The notes: generated from the sequence alone by a model not told the origin. Positions 38,506-51,106 are shown, counted from the first letter of the stretch. The stretch: 52,731 bases of DNA from Chiloscyllium plagiosum (GCF_004010195.1 NC_057720.1:2175750-2228480); one strand, 5' to 3'. Translations and numbers: made by a program.

Positions 38506-38685
38506 CCCTCCCCCTCCCCCTCCCTCCCCCTCCCCCCGGACCCCGAGGATGTCATCATGGCTGCCTTTAAGATTCTCGATCCTGAGGGGAAGGGGACGAT
38601 CAAGAAAGCTTTGTAAGGAGTGGGGGAGGGAGAGGGAGGGAGGGGGAGGGAGAGAGGGAGAGGGAGGGAGAGGAAGGGAGAGAGG
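38506..38685. repeat. Complementary low-complexity tracts (CCCCT-rich 38506-38537; GGGA-rich 38616-38685)
   Basis: Seen directly. They flank the myosin light chain fragment and abut the gap. Confidence 0.9.
38539..38612 (+). pseudogene. Isolated myosin regulatory light chain (MYLPF/MYL11-like) exon fragment inside MSH4 intron 1
   Basis: Reads DPEDVIMAAFKILDPEGKGTIKKA(F), then TT|gtaagg. Human MYLPF is recalled as DPEDVITGAFKVLDPEGKGTIKKKF with an intron at the same phase-2 position. No AG acceptor upstream. Confidence 0.8.
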
Positions 38686-39311
38686 NNNNNNNNNNNNNNN
38701 NNNNNNNNNNNNNNNNNNNNNNNNNNNNNNNNNNNNNNNNNNNNNNNNNNNNNNNNNNNNNNNNNNNNNNNNNNNNNNNNNNNNNNNNNNNNNNNNNNNN
38801 NNNNNNNNNNNNNNNNNNNNNNNNNNNNNNNNNNNNNNNNNNNNNNNNNNNNNNNNNNNNNNNNNNNNNNNNNNNNNNNNNNNNNNNNNNNNNNNNNNNN
38901 NNNNNNNNNNNNNNNNNNNNNNNNNNNNNNNNNNNNNNNNNNNNNNNNNNNNNNNNNNNNNNNNNNNNNNNNNNNNNNNNNNNNNNNNNNNNNNNNNNNN
39001 NNNNNNNNNNNNNNNNNNNNNNNNNNNNNNNNNNNNNNNNNNNNNNNNNNNNNNNNNNNNNNNNNNNNNNNNNNNNNNNNNNNNNNNNNNNNNNNNNNNN
39101 NNNNNNNNNNNNNNNNNNNNNNNNNNNNNNNNNNNNNNNNNNNNNNNNNNNNNNNNNNNNNNNNNNNNNNNNNNNNNNNNNNNNNNNNNNNNNNNNNNNN
39201 NNNNNNNNNNNNNNNNNNNNNNNNNNNNNNNNNNNNNNNNNNNNNNNNNNNNNNNNNNNNNNNNNNNNNNNNNNNNNNNNNNNNNNNNNNNNNNNNNNNN
39301 NNNNNNNNNNN
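38686..39311. other. Assembly gap (626 N) in MSH4 intron 1
   Basis: Run of N. Confidence 1.
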
Positions 39312-39323
39312 TTGTTTTAGCAG

Positions 39324-39509
39324 AATCGTATTTTGGTGATAAAAGTTCTAATGTAGGGAATCGAAACCTGTTTACTGGCGCCTCGGCACGGAGCAGTTCT
39401 TCACTGAAGGACGATACCAGAATTGGGAAGACGCCTGCATCCACTACCAGCAGCAGTCGCAATGCAAGACCCCCTTGCAAACTTCGTACTCCCCAAACTG
39501 GTTATTCAG
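39324..39509 (+). CDS. MSH4: MSH4 coding exon 2 (alternative acceptor at 39321)
   Basis: Acceptor ttttagcag|. Encodes (E)SYFGDKSSNVGNRNLFTGAS...KLRTPQTGYS, resembling human GSYFGNK...TPQVGYS. Phase 1 to phase 1. Donor cag|gttcac is weak. Confidence 0.8.
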
Positions 39510-40494
39510 GTTCACCTGAGAATTATTTTTATATTGATGCAAATATATTCTTTCTCAGTAGCTCGTTGTAACTTTTAAATAAGAATTGTTATCAAAACAA
39601 AAATGTAGAGTGAATGATAGAGCCCTTTAATAAAAGGTCTTTTGACAAATTCCAATGAATTTAAAACACTAAACCAGCACATTCTGCCGAACAGACAATA
39701 TTTATGCTTCACATTGTTCCACCCCCGTCCTACTTTACTTCACCCTATTAGCATTCCTTTTACCATCTCCAACCGTTCCAGTTCAAACCCCCAGCATTTA
39801 TCTCTCGTGTTTATCTAGCTTGCCCATAAATATATCTAAACGTTGTACCTCAACTACTCCTTGGGGTAATGAGTACATCTTTCTTTCCATTCTCTGCATA
39901 TAAAGGTCTCTCTTGAATTCCTGGACTTATTGGTGACCATCTTGTGTTGATGGCAGCTAGTTTTAAATTTCTTGCATAATTGGCATCATTTTACCTATAT
40001 CTAGTGGATGCAAGAAATTGCAGCTTCACAGACAGCTCAGTAATCCGAGGAACCAATTTAATGGTGATTTGAGGAGAATAAGTTTATACAAATTGTTGTG
40101 ATCTGGAACTAGCTGCCTGAAAGCATGATGGAAACAGATTCAATAATAATTTTAGACATAGAATTGAATAAATGGAGAAAAAGCAGGGGAGTAGGGCTAA
40201 CTGTAGTTTTTTTCAAAGAATCAGTATGGGTGGGAATGGCCTCTTTCTGCTCTGAGGTTTTCTATGGTTCAGATTAGCAAACTGCCATACATATCTCGAA
40301 CTTTGATTTGATTCCAAACCACATTATGATTGAGGAAAAACTAAGCCACAGAGACTGTTTTGAACCCGTTCACTATTATGAATCATAATATTTTATATGG
40401 AACAAATGTCAAAAAATAGAATATCTTTCAGATAGCTATAATCACAAAATATTGGGAAGGCTTCATTTCCTCTACACAAGTTTTAATACAATTA

Positions 40495-40556
40495 ATGCAG
40501 AAGCAATAATTTCATGCAGAAGCAATAATTTCATGCAGAAGCAATAATTTCATGCA
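40495..40556. repeat. Perfect 19-bp tandem repeat, about 3.3 copies
   Basis: atgcagaagcaataatttc x3 plus atgca. Confidence 0.95.
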
Positions 40557-41829
40557 AAGACGTGAACCCTTGAGCAAGTCTGAAGGAGAGTCTTCAAAGT
40601 GTTAACTTTTTTTCTCTTGCTGTTGGTGACTATAAAATTATTATTGAATTTTGTTAAACCCTTCTGGTTTACTAATGTCCTTAAAGGGAAGGAAATCTTC
40701 CATCCTTACCCAGTCCTGCTTCCATGTGACTTCAGAGCCACAGCAATTTGGTTGACTCTTAAGTGGTCTCTGAAATGGTCCAGCAAGCCCACTCAGTTCA
40801 TGATCAAGTAGGAATGATCAAGAAAGTGGCATCCAGATCCAATGATAGAAGAAGAAGAGCACCTTTCACCAATCAGGAGGTATAATATTTAGAAATTGTC
40901 CAGCGAGTAACTCACCTCCAGTTTTCCTATGGTAATCCACACAACATGAGTCAGGCATGTTGGAATACTTCCTATTTGCCTGGATGAGTGCAGCTCCAAC
41001 TAAACTCAAGAAGCTCACTAACATACAGGGCAAAGCAACCCACATTATGGCAATGCACTAAATTCAATTTTTATTCCCTTCACCACCATTGCACTGGCAG
41101 AAACTTACCAAGACCTGTCCATCAGCAGCTTCCAAATCCATGATCTCTACCCTCGAAGGACAAGGGCAGTGGACTTATGGAAACACCAGTAACTGCAAGT
41201 TCCTTTCCTAATCATACCTCATTCGACTTGAAACTGTATTGACTTACTACACTGTTGCGGGATCAAAATTCTGAAACTCAGGAACAAAACTGCAGTAATT
41301 CAAGCAGGTAGCTTGCTACTGTCTTCTAGGTGATTAGCAATGTGCAATAAATGCTGGCCTAGCCAACAATGCTCACATCCCATTGATGAATTAAAAATTC
41401 AATCTTGCATCCTTTTCAGTGCTTTATATATTGGTATCCCAGCTTGCCAGGTAAATAGTACAGATTTTCACAGCTGGATTTGTTATTTTCAATACGCACA
41501 TGGAATGCAGTGGTTCAAGAAGGCAGCTCACCACAATCTTCTGAAGGGCAACTAGGGATGGGCAATAAATGCTGGCCAACTTTTGATTCCCACATCTCGC
41601 AAATGAAAAAAGCAAAACGGCTGTAAAGTGCCTAAGCGGTAAATGAGCCATTGTTCATCAAGCTTGCTTTCCACTTGGTTGGACCTTTGCAGCAGGTTCA
41701 AGGCAGAATTGCTGGTGTGAGAGCCAGTTGATTTATTGAAATGGCAAGCAATTGCAAAGTTGGGGTCATTCCTACACAGGAAATGGAAGGTTTCTGCAAA
41801 GCAACAAGGACACCTCATGTCAGACTCCT

Positions 41830-43830
41830 GCTCATCAACTACAGCTCCACCTTCACCATTATGCCTCCAGACTGATCTCAAAATTCTTAGACCTAGGTCT
41901 TGGCTTTGTGCTCTGTAACTGGATCCTCAGCTTCCTGACCCTTGGGCTGCAATCAGTGAAGATTGACAAATGCACCTCCTCATCATTAACCTGCAACACT
42001 GGAGCCCCCCAGGAGGTAATCTCAGAGGAGGTGTTCTCAGCTGCACATCCATGACTGTGTAGCCAAATTCGAACAAACACCATGTACAAGTTTGCTGACG
42101 ACACCACTGTAGTGAAACAGATTAAAAAACACTGATGAGTCAAAATACAGGAAGGAGATAGAAGGTTTGGTGTCATGGTGCAATGGCAACCACCTCTCTC
42201 TCAATGTCGGCAAAACAATAGAACTGATCATTGACTTTTGAAAGAAAGGAGGAGAACACGCTCCCATCCACATCAAAGAAGAGAAGGTTAAGAACATCAA
42301 GTTCATAGGAGTGACGATAGCCAACGACATATCCTGGACTTCCTATATAGATGTGACAGTCAAGAATGCACAACAATGCATCTTTTCCCGAGGTGGCCAA
42401 GGAAATTCGGCATGTGTGGGAAATCATGTCTCTCAAACTTGATTGAGTTTTTTTTGAAGAAGTAACCAAGAGGATTGATGAGGGCAGAGCAGTAGATGTG
42501 ATCTATATGGACTTCAGTAAGGCATTCAACAAGGTTCCCCATGGGAGACTGATTAGCAAGATTAGATCTCACTGAATACAGGGAGAACTAGCTATTTGGA
42601 TACAGAACTGGCTCAAAGGTAGAAGACAGAGGGTGGTGGTGGAGGGTTGTTTTTCAGACTGGAGGCTTGTGACCAGTGGAGTGCCATAAGGATTGGTGCT
42701 GGGTCCACTACTTTTCATCATTTATATAAATGATTTGGATATGAACATAGGCCACTATTGGAATATTGCGTGCAATTCTGGTCTCCTTTCTATCGGAAGG
42801 ATGTTGTGAAACTTGAAAGGATTCAGAAAAAATTTACAAGGATGTTGCCAGGGTTGGAGGATTTGAGCTATAGGGAGAGGCTGAACAGGCTGGGGTTGTT
42901 TTCCCTGGAGCGTCGGAGGTTGAGGGGTGACCTTATAGAGGTTTACAAAATTGAGGGGCATGGATAGGATAAATAGACAAAGTCTTTTCCCTGGGATCAG
43001 GGAGTCTAGAATCAGAGGGCATAGGTTTAGGGTGAGAGGGGAAAGATATAAAAGAGACCGAAGGGGCAACCTTTTCATACAGAGGGTGGTACTTGTATGG
43101 AATGAGCTGCCAGAGGAAGTGGTGGAGGCTGGTACAATTGCAACATTTAAAAGGCATTTGGATGGGTATATGAATACAAAGGGATTGGAAGGATATGGGC
43201 TGGGTGCTGGCAGGTGGGACTAGATTGGGTTGGGATATCTGTTCGGCATGGACGGGTTGGACCGAAGGGTCCGTTTCCATGCTGTACATCTCTATGACTC
43301 TACGTCCACAAGGACAGTCACCAAATTTTACAGATGCACCTTAGAGACCACACTGTCTGGGTTCATGATGGTCGACTACGGCAACTGTTCTGCCCAGGAC
43401 TGTAAGGAACAACAGAAGGTTGTGTGCACAACCCAGACCATCACGGAAGCCAACCTTCCATCCATGGATTCCATTTATACTTCTCGTTGCAATTGAAATG
43501 TTGCCAACATCATCAAAGACCCCTCCTACCCCTGTAATGCTCTCCTACAACCTCTTATATCAGGCAGAAGATATAGAAGTTTGAACACACGCAACAAAAG
43601 GTTTAAGAACAACTTTTTCCTTGCCATTATTAGACTGATGAATAGACTGTCTAACTTCAAATAATGTTGATCTTGTTCATGGTAACCTTGTTTCGCTCAC
43701 TTTCTGTATGCCTCATTCTGTGCAAGCATCCAATGATCTGTCTATCCTTGTTTATGATGATTTGCCTGCACTGCTTGCAAACAAGCTTTTCACTGTACTG
43801 AGGTACACATAACAATAAATCAAATGAACA
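41830..43830 (+). mobile_element. Rex1/Babar-type LINE (41830-42415 and 43303-43830) with nested CR1
   Basis: LCNWILSFLT...NTGAPQ, YKFADDTTVV and FYRCTLETTLSG..V.YGNCSAQD; ends ...aacaataaatcaaat. Confidence 0.8.
42418..43302 (+). mobile_element. CR1/HER1-type LINE nested in the Rex1 copy
   Basis: YMDFSKAFNKVP and EYCVQFWSPFYRKD; ctctatgactct tail. Confidence 0.92.
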
Positions 43831-43929
43831 GTCACCCAGTCATCATTTGATCTTGCCAACGTAAAGAAGACTGAGTTGTGAGCAATGGATGTAGTAGACT
43901 AATTAGAAAGAAGTACAGGTAAAATTTGT

Positions 43930-46260
43930 TCTAAGTGCCTCGATGAAACCACATCTGGAGCATTGTGGTTTTTTTGTTTAACTATTTGAAGTGGGAAGCA
44001 GTTCTGAAAAGGCTCACCTCATTCATAACTAGCATGAAGGGCTTATGCTGTGAAGAAAGGCTGAATAGGTTGAACATATTGTATCTTAGCAAAATGAGAG
44101 GTGGGCTTATTGAAACATCTAAGATCCTGAGGGGACTTTTTTGTTTTTATTTACTAATGGGATCTAGGTACTCCTGGCTGGTTAGCATTTATTGCATTTT
44201 CCTAGTGGGCCTTAAGAATGTGATGGTGAGCTGCCTTCTTGAACCACTGCTGTTCATGTGTTGTAGGTTGATCTACAATGCTATCAGGAAGGAATTCCAG
44301 GATTTTGACCCAGCAATACTAAAGCAATGGTGATATATCTCCAAGTCAGAATAGTTGGTGCCTTGGAGGTGTATTTGCAGTTGTTGTGTTTCTATGTATC
44401 AGCTGCCCTTGTCCTTCTAAGTGGAAGTTGTTGTGGGTATGAAAAGTGCTGTCTTAGGATCATGGGAAATTTCTGCAGTGCATCTTGGAAGAGAGAGATA
44501 TTGATAGATTAAGTGAGTGGGGAAGACGTTGGCATATGGAGTGTATAATTTGGGAAAATGTGAAGTTGTTTGTTTTAGAAGGGCAACAAAAGAAGAGTGT
44601 TATTTAAATAGAGAAAAACTGCAGAAAGCTGCAACACAAAGGTTTTGGGGCACTTGTCCATGAAACACAGAAGGCTAGGACGCAGGTGCAGCAGGAACGT
44701 TAATGGAATGTTGGAGCAGGTTGGAGTATAAGAATAGGGAAACCTTACTGCACCTGTACAAGGTGCTAATAGGACCACATATGGAGTACTGAGCAGTGTT
44801 ACTTCCCTTATTTACGGAACAATATAATTTCATTGGAGGCAATTCAGAGAAGGTTCACTAGGATGACTGCAGTATGGCGGGATTGTCTTGTGAACAAATG
44901 CTTAAATAGTCAACTTATTGGAGTTTGGAAGAATGAGAGGTGATCTTATTGAGACATCCAGGATTCTTAAGGGGTTTGACAGAGTGAATGCTGAGAGGAT
45001 GATTTGCCTCATGACAGAGTCCAGGACAAGAGGGTGTTGATTCAGAATTAAGAAGTGTCAATTTAGGAGTGAAATGAGAAGGAATTTCTTCTCTGAGAGG
45101 TTGAGAGTCTTTGGAACTCCTTGACACAGAGAGCTCTGATGCAGAGTCCTTAGATGTATTTAAGGTTAGGATAGATAAATTTTCAATCTGTTGTGGCATC
45201 AAGGGTTATGGGGAAATGGCAGGAAAGTAGATTTGAAGAATGTTGGATCAGCCATGGTCCTATTTGATGGTGGAACAGGCTCAAGGGGCTGAATGGCATA
45301 CTCCTGTTCCCATTTCTTGTGTCTTATGATCTTGTAGATAGTACTCACTGATGCACTGAATGTCCGTGGTTGACTGAGTGGGTATTTATAGATGTGGTGC
45401 CAATCAGGTGGTTGTTTTGTCCTTGAAGGTTTCAAGCTTGTTGAGTGTTGTTGGAGCTACATGCTTCCAGTGTTCCAGCACACTCCTAATGAGGTCAGGA
45501 GCAGAATGGTCCTGCTGGAACCCAAACTGTGTGTCACCTAGCAGATCGTTCACAAGTAGGTGCTGCTTGGAAGCACTGTTGATGATACCATCCATCGCTT
45601 TACTGATGATCAAGTGCAGACTGATAGGGTGGTAATTGCATGGGTTGGATTTGTCCTTCTTCTTGTGTAAAGGATGGCTGTACCTGGGAAAGTTTCCACA
45701 TTGTTGGATAGATGTTGGTGTTGTAGCTGTTCTAGAACAGCTTGACTTGGGGTGTGACAGATTCTGGAGCTCATGTCTTAGTACTGTTGCTGGAATGTTG
45801 TCAGGGTACATTGCCTTTGCAGTATCTAGTGTTTTCACCCTTGATGTCATGTGGAATGAACCAAATTGACTGAAGTCTGGCATGATGCTGGGAATCATTG
45901 GAGGAAGTCGATGGTTGATAGGATGAATACTGCAAAGGTGTTTCCTCTTAAGGGTAGTCTAGAGCTTGGGGACACAGTTTAAGAATAAGCGATTTCTCTT
46001 CTATGACAACGTTGAGGAAAAAAAATTCTCTTCAAGGATTGTTTGTCCGTGGAATCTTTCTATCAGAAAACAGTGAAGGCTGTGTCGTTGAATTTAATCT
46101 AGGCTGAGTTAGATGGCTTTTGATTGACAAGGAAGTTAATGGATTTGGGGGACAGACAGTGAAGTGAAGAAATGACCACAATCACATCAGCATATCAAAT
46201 GGTGAGCAGCCTCGAAAGGCCCAATGGCCTACACCTATCCTGATGTCATGTGTTCCCATA
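43930..46260. mobile_element. Cluster of decayed CR1 (+) and older LINE (-) fragments
   Basis: Minus-strand DKSNPCNYHPISL.LIISKAMDGIIN...DTQFGFQQDHSAPDL at 45404-45898, between CR1 3' pieces. Confidence 0.75.
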
Positions 46261-46487
46261 TTATATTCTATACTCCTCTGCATCATTTCAGAATAACAAG
46301 AGGCAGTTTTAATAAACATGTATTTAAAGCTGTGGAAGATTCAGTAGACTTTCCACGTCGGCAAAGCTAGTGTCATCGAGGTCAGATTGAAAGTAGATGC
46401 TGGATATTATATTGCAGAGATTTAAGTTTAAAATTCGGACTGACATTGATTTACAGTATTGAGGGAGCATTTCATTATAAGAAATGT

Positions 46488-47215
46488 TGGGCTGAATCTT
46501 ATATCTTTTTGGTTAAATGTAATTTTTGTTGAGTTTCATGGAGGGTTCACTTACCGCATATTACCAGACTTGCCTCATCACTGCTTACCCAAGCCCAGTG
46601 ATGCCCCCGGTCCAATTCCAACCCCCTTCCACCAATTGTCGTACCTTGGAAATTCACCACTGCTGGGACACCCCGGAATGGACCAGGGTCCCTGGCTTTG
46701 GTGCCATCTTTAAAAGACTTTTATAAAAGTGCCATCTAGACTTTTATAATGTTAGTCTAGATCTACCTTACATTGTTCCTGATGTTTGCCTCAGACATGG
46801 CAGAGAAGGGAAAATTGATGCCTCGCTTTGTGGACAGGGACCTGGAGGTCCTAGTGGACTGGGTTGTGCAAAGATGTTCTCTCCGATACATGTTACTCTG
46901 TCTATCTTTTCTACCATACGCACCTCTCACCAAGGCTAATGCTTGACTATTCTCATTATTGCCTTCAACATTTTCCCTCACTTACTCTGAACTACAACAA
47001 CCCCAACTTTCCTAACCCTCCACATTGTCTGCACTACCTACTCACTCGTTTGGAGTATCTCCCACCTGCACCAAAAGTAACATATGTGTCATGTACTTTC
47101 ATCTCCCCTTTTCTCATTTTAGAAAATAACCGACAATAGGCTAGGAAGAATCAAGATAGGTGATGGGATGCCAACATTTGACTGCTCAACTTTTATGAGG
47201 AGAGGATCCTGACCC
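46488..47215 (+). mobile_element. Harbinger/PIF-like transposon remnant with a decayed Myb/SANT-like gene
   Basis: ATG at 46797 gives MAEKGKLMPRFVDRDLEVLVDWVVQR. After the acceptor at 47122: KITDNRLGRIKIGDGMP...LNFYEERIL. Putative terminus gggctgaatctt at ~46489. Confidence 0.5.
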
Positions 47216-47359
47216 AGATTGTCTTGAGTAGCTTACTGACATATCCAAGCCCCTGGACTAATATTAGAGTCTGCCCTTGACTTACTGTGCTGGAACAGTC
47301 TGATCAAAAGGTTATGTCCCTTGACTTGACTGAGGACTGCTGACCACAATGACATGCTT

Positions 47360-48731
47360 CCTAGCTTTGTGTCTGTGGTAAACTGCAAGTCATTACAACA
47401 GTGGATGAACCAGGAGATCCACTCCCTCCTGAAATCCAGGTCTGAGGTGTACAAGTCTGGCAACCCTGACCTATGCAGAAAATCCAGGTATGATCTTCAT
47501 AAGGCTATTAGAGACACCATGAGGCAATACCAAACCAAGCTTGAGATCCAGACCAACCACATTATGCTGGTTGTTTGTGAAAAGGTTTACACGAAATAAT
47601 GGTCTAAAAAGAGAATTGATCTCGGGCAATAGTGCATCATTACCCAGTGAGCTCAATGCATTGTATGCTGGCTTTGAACAGAAGGTCAGTGAAATGATGA
47701 CACCTATCCCAACAGCTTCAGATGCGCTTGTACCTACGGTCACTGCCGCAGATGCTGATTGGCCTTCTTGAAAATGAACCCACAGTAAATGACTGGCCCA
47801 GATGGAGTTCCCAGCCATGCACTTATATCCTGTATGGAACTTTAACCTCCCCTTACTATGATCTGAAGTCCCCACCTGCTTCAAGAAGACCACCATCATC
47901 ACGGTGCCCAAAGAAATATCATACAGACTCCCTCAATGACTACTGGCAGCTCTGACCTCCCATATTTATGAAGTACTTTAAGAGGTTAGTCATGGCTCAC
48001 ATCAACTTCAAGCCTACCAAATTGCCTTGATCTTTTTTTAATTCACCTACTGGCGCAACAGGTCCACGCACATGCCATTTCCCTGGTCCTACACTCATCC
48101 CTGGAATATCTGGATAACAAGAATACCTATGACAGGCTCTTACTTGTTGACGAGACTTCCACCTTCAACATCATAATTAAGAAAAAAATTCATTTTTAAA
48201 CTCTGAGACTAAGGTTTCGGCTCCCTTATCTGTAACTGGATCCTCAACTTTCTGACTCATAAACTGAAATTAGTAAGAATAAGCTACAACACCTCCTCCA
48301 CCATAATCCTCAACATAAGTGCTCCACAAGGCTGCATACTCAGCCCCTTACTATACTCCTCACACACTCACGACTGTGTGGCCGAATTTTGCCCCATTTA
48401 CAAGTTTGCTGACGACCACGTTGTGGGTCAAATCTCTAAACACAGGAAAGAGATTGAGTGCTTAGCAGCATAGTGTAAAGAGAACAATCTCTCCATCAGT
48501 GTCAGCAAAATGAAAGAGCTGGCCATTCACTTCAGGAAGTGGAGTGGAGGGCACACCTCTATCTGTTCAATGGTGCTGAGGTAGAGATGGTCAAGAGCAT
48601 CAAGTTCCTGGGAGTGATAATCACCAACAATCTGTCCTGGTCCATCCATACTGATGCAACAGTCAAAAAACACAACAACGGTTCTACTTCCTCAGAAGGC
48701 TAAGGAAATTTGGTATATCCACAAGGACTCT
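47360..48731 (+). mobile_element. Rex1/Babar-type LINE fragment
   Basis: VPTCFKKTTIITVPK, SLNDYW, APQGCILSPLLYS.HTHDC and YKFADD. Confidence 0.85.
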
Positions 48732-48732
48732 T

Positions 48733-48866
48733 GGAGATAGTGAGGACTGAAGTTGCTGAAAAGTCAAGAGTTGATAAAATGTGGAGCTGGAAAAAGCATA
48801 GCAGTTCAAGCAGCATCAGAGGAGCAGGAGAATCGATGTTTCGAACAGGACCCTTCATCAGGACTT
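48733..48866 (-). mobile_element. PLE terminal repeat fragment with decayed hammerhead core
   Basis: ggagcaggagaatcgatgtttcgaacaggacccttcatcagg. Confidence 0.75.
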
Positions 48867-49039
48867 GGGTGATTTGGCTGCATTTCTCACCAGACTCTAT
48901 GATTCAGGAGCCCAGTAGGACTTCGCCCACTTTTTTAGATGAGATGTCAAACCAAGATGACAGTTTGCCCTTTCAGGGGAATGTGTAAGATTCCCCAAAA
49001 TAGTTAAAAGAACAGTTAACATCACTGTTTAACATATTT

Positions 49040-49352
49040 TTAAATTCTTTCACAGGATGTGGGTGCCGCCCAGGGGGCAGTTGAAGTGTCACCCACATTT
49101 CTGTGGTCTGGAGTTACATATAGACCAGACCAGGTGAGGACTGCAATTTCCTTTGCTAAAGAGCATTAGTGAACCAGATAGATTTTTCCGACAATTGACA
49201 ATTGTTTCATGGTCACCATTAGACTCTGAATTCCAGATATTTATTGAATTCAAATTCCACGAACTGTCATGACTGGATTCGAACCCAGGTCCTCAGAAAT
49301 TACCAGGGTCTCTGGATTAATAGTCTTAACGATAACATTGTGAGGCCATCAA
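49040..49352 (-). mobile_element. tRNA-derived SINE (second family)
   Basis: Minus-strand B box GGTTCGAATCC at ~49275-49285; body shared with 6740-7100. Confidence 0.7.
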
Positions 49353-49742
49353 CCTCTCCCCCCCCCCCCCCCCAGGCATCTGGGTCATATATTTAATTTC
49401 CATACACCAGAGCTTGCTCTGCACAAATTGGCTGCTGTGTTTCCTCCATTACAATACAGAAATGACACTTCAAAAATATTTCACTGTTATAAAGTGTTAT
49501 GCAACATGCAAAAGGAGAAGAAATAGGCCATTCAGCCCATTGACCCTGCTGTGCCATTTAATTAGATCATGGCTGGTGTTCTACTGCAATGCCATTTTCT
49601 AGACCCATGTATCCCTAATTCATTATCATGAATTCTCTCAATTTCTGTCTTGATTTTACTCATTTATTGAGGCTTCACAGCCCTCTGGCTTCTAAAGAAA
49701 TTCCTCCTCTGTCCTCAATTCAAAACGACTTTCCCGTTAATT

Positions 49743-49867
49743 CAGAAGTCACATGACACCAGGTTATAGCCCAACAGGTTTATTTGAAATCACAAGCTTT
49801 CGGAGTGCTGACTAAGGGTTTAGGGTTTGACCAGTGCTGAGAAAGCTTGTGATTTTAAATAAACCTG
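49743..49867. mobile_element. Short inverted PLE-terminus derivative (family-2-like)
   Basis: Arms caggtttatttgaaatcacaagctttc / gaaagcttgtgattttaaataaacctg. Confidence 0.7.
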
Positions 49868-50197
49868 GCTGTAAATCAGAATCCCTAGCAAGGGAAACAT
49901 CCTTTCTTCAACTGCCTCTTGACCCTGTCATAATGTACATACTTCAAAATCACTGAATAAAAAGGATTTGTTAATGCAAAATCATATTTTTGATAAGACC
50001 TAGTCAGACTGAACAGTTCACCTTTGAAGATTTCTCCCATTTCAGTTTATTTTTAATTAATCTGTGGCTTGTCTTTACATGAACACACATATAATTTTCC
50101 AATGCAAGGTTTGAAAGTGCACTTTTGTAGACTGTGCAATTAGATTGTTGTTCAGTTGTTACATTTGTAGTTTTCCTTATACATTTTCTGTGTGCAG

Positions 50198-50358
50198 TTA
50201 CTTCTTCTTCTGCAGTCTCAGCTCATGTTGCATCAGTAATTGTAGCCGTAGTGGAGGGACGTGGGCTTGCTCGGGGTGAAATAGGAATGGCGAGCATTGA
50301 CCTGAAGAGCCCTGAGTTGATATTGTCCCAGTTTGCAGACAACACTACATATGCAAAG
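50198..50358 (+). CDS. MSH4: MSH4 coding exon 3, 161 nt (start of MutS domain II region)
   Basis: Flanked by tgtgcag| and |gtaatg. Encodes (V)[53 protein letters not shown], near-identical to vertebrate MSH4 as recalled. Confidence 0.97.
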
Positions 50359-50812
50359 GTAATGCATTTAAGAAAAAAAGTCCACATTTACTTATACTTC
50401 CCATGCCCTTCTTGAGACAGTTGTACATTTACACAAAATCAGAGATATTCGCAGCACAGAAGCAGGTTCATTGTAACTGTGCTACACGTCATGCAGTCTC
50501 CCATACAGCTGCTATTGTGTTCAAGAAGAGGTTAGATGAGAAAGGTGAAGTGAAGGATGAGCAATAAATTTAGCACACTGCCTGGGAAGAATCTCCACAT
50601 CCCAAAAATTTTTCACTGATCGACAGTACGATGCTTTTTTAAATCAATAGAACAGGTTTTCGAAACAGTTCCACTGTCAGAAAGATCGGAGACACAGATT
50701 TAAGACAATTGGTAAAAGAAGTAAAAGAATGGAGATGAGATTTTTAGCGTTGTTAAGATCTAGAATGCACAGTCTAAAAGGCAGGGTCAGTAGCAGCATA
50801 CTAAAGAGCATT

Positions 50813-51106
50813 CTTCAACCATGTCCTGAAACAGACTCGCTACCACAGCCACATTTGCCTACCTGCCTATCTTCCTTTCCACCTATCCACTCCACCCTCC
50901 TCTCTGACCTATCATCTTCATCCTCACCCCCATTCACCTATTATGCTCTATGCTACTTTGTCCCCACCCCCACCCTCCTCTCATTTATCTCTCCACCCTG
51001 TAGGCACTCTGCCTCTATTCCTGATGAAGGGCTTTTGCCCGAAACGTCGATTTTCCTGCTCCTCGGATGCTGCCTGAACTGCTATGCTTTTCCAGCACCA
51101 CTCGAA
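50813..51106 (+). mobile_element. PLE 3' terminal repeat insertion with 11-bp TSD
   Basis: taaagagcatt at 50802-50812 and 51107-51117; C/T-rich body and family-1 terminus. Confidence 0.85.
51021..51048 (+). ncRNA. Minimal hammerhead ribozyme core, sense strand of MSH4 intron 3
   Basis: CUGAUGA-A-GGGC UUUU GCCC-GAAA-C-GUC; stem I weak (AUUC/GAUU). Confidence 0.6.

Noticed and set aside
38254..39571. 340-408 aa ORFs
   Set aside because: They span the N gap; only the MSH4 exon 2 part is real coding sequence.
40495..40556. Direct repeats as a CRISPR-like array
   Set aside because: The units are contiguous with no spacers, in vertebrate DNA. This is an ordinary minisatellite.
42400..48735. Both Rex1 copies are interrupted within about 15 bp of the same consensus position
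   Set aside because: Only two events, by different elements, which is insufficient to claim a hotspot.
49813..49828. Telomere-like taagggtttagggttt in the spacer of an inverted PLE remnant
   Set aside because: Tempting given the PLE-telomerase relationship, but there is only one exact TTAGGG, which is consistent with chance.
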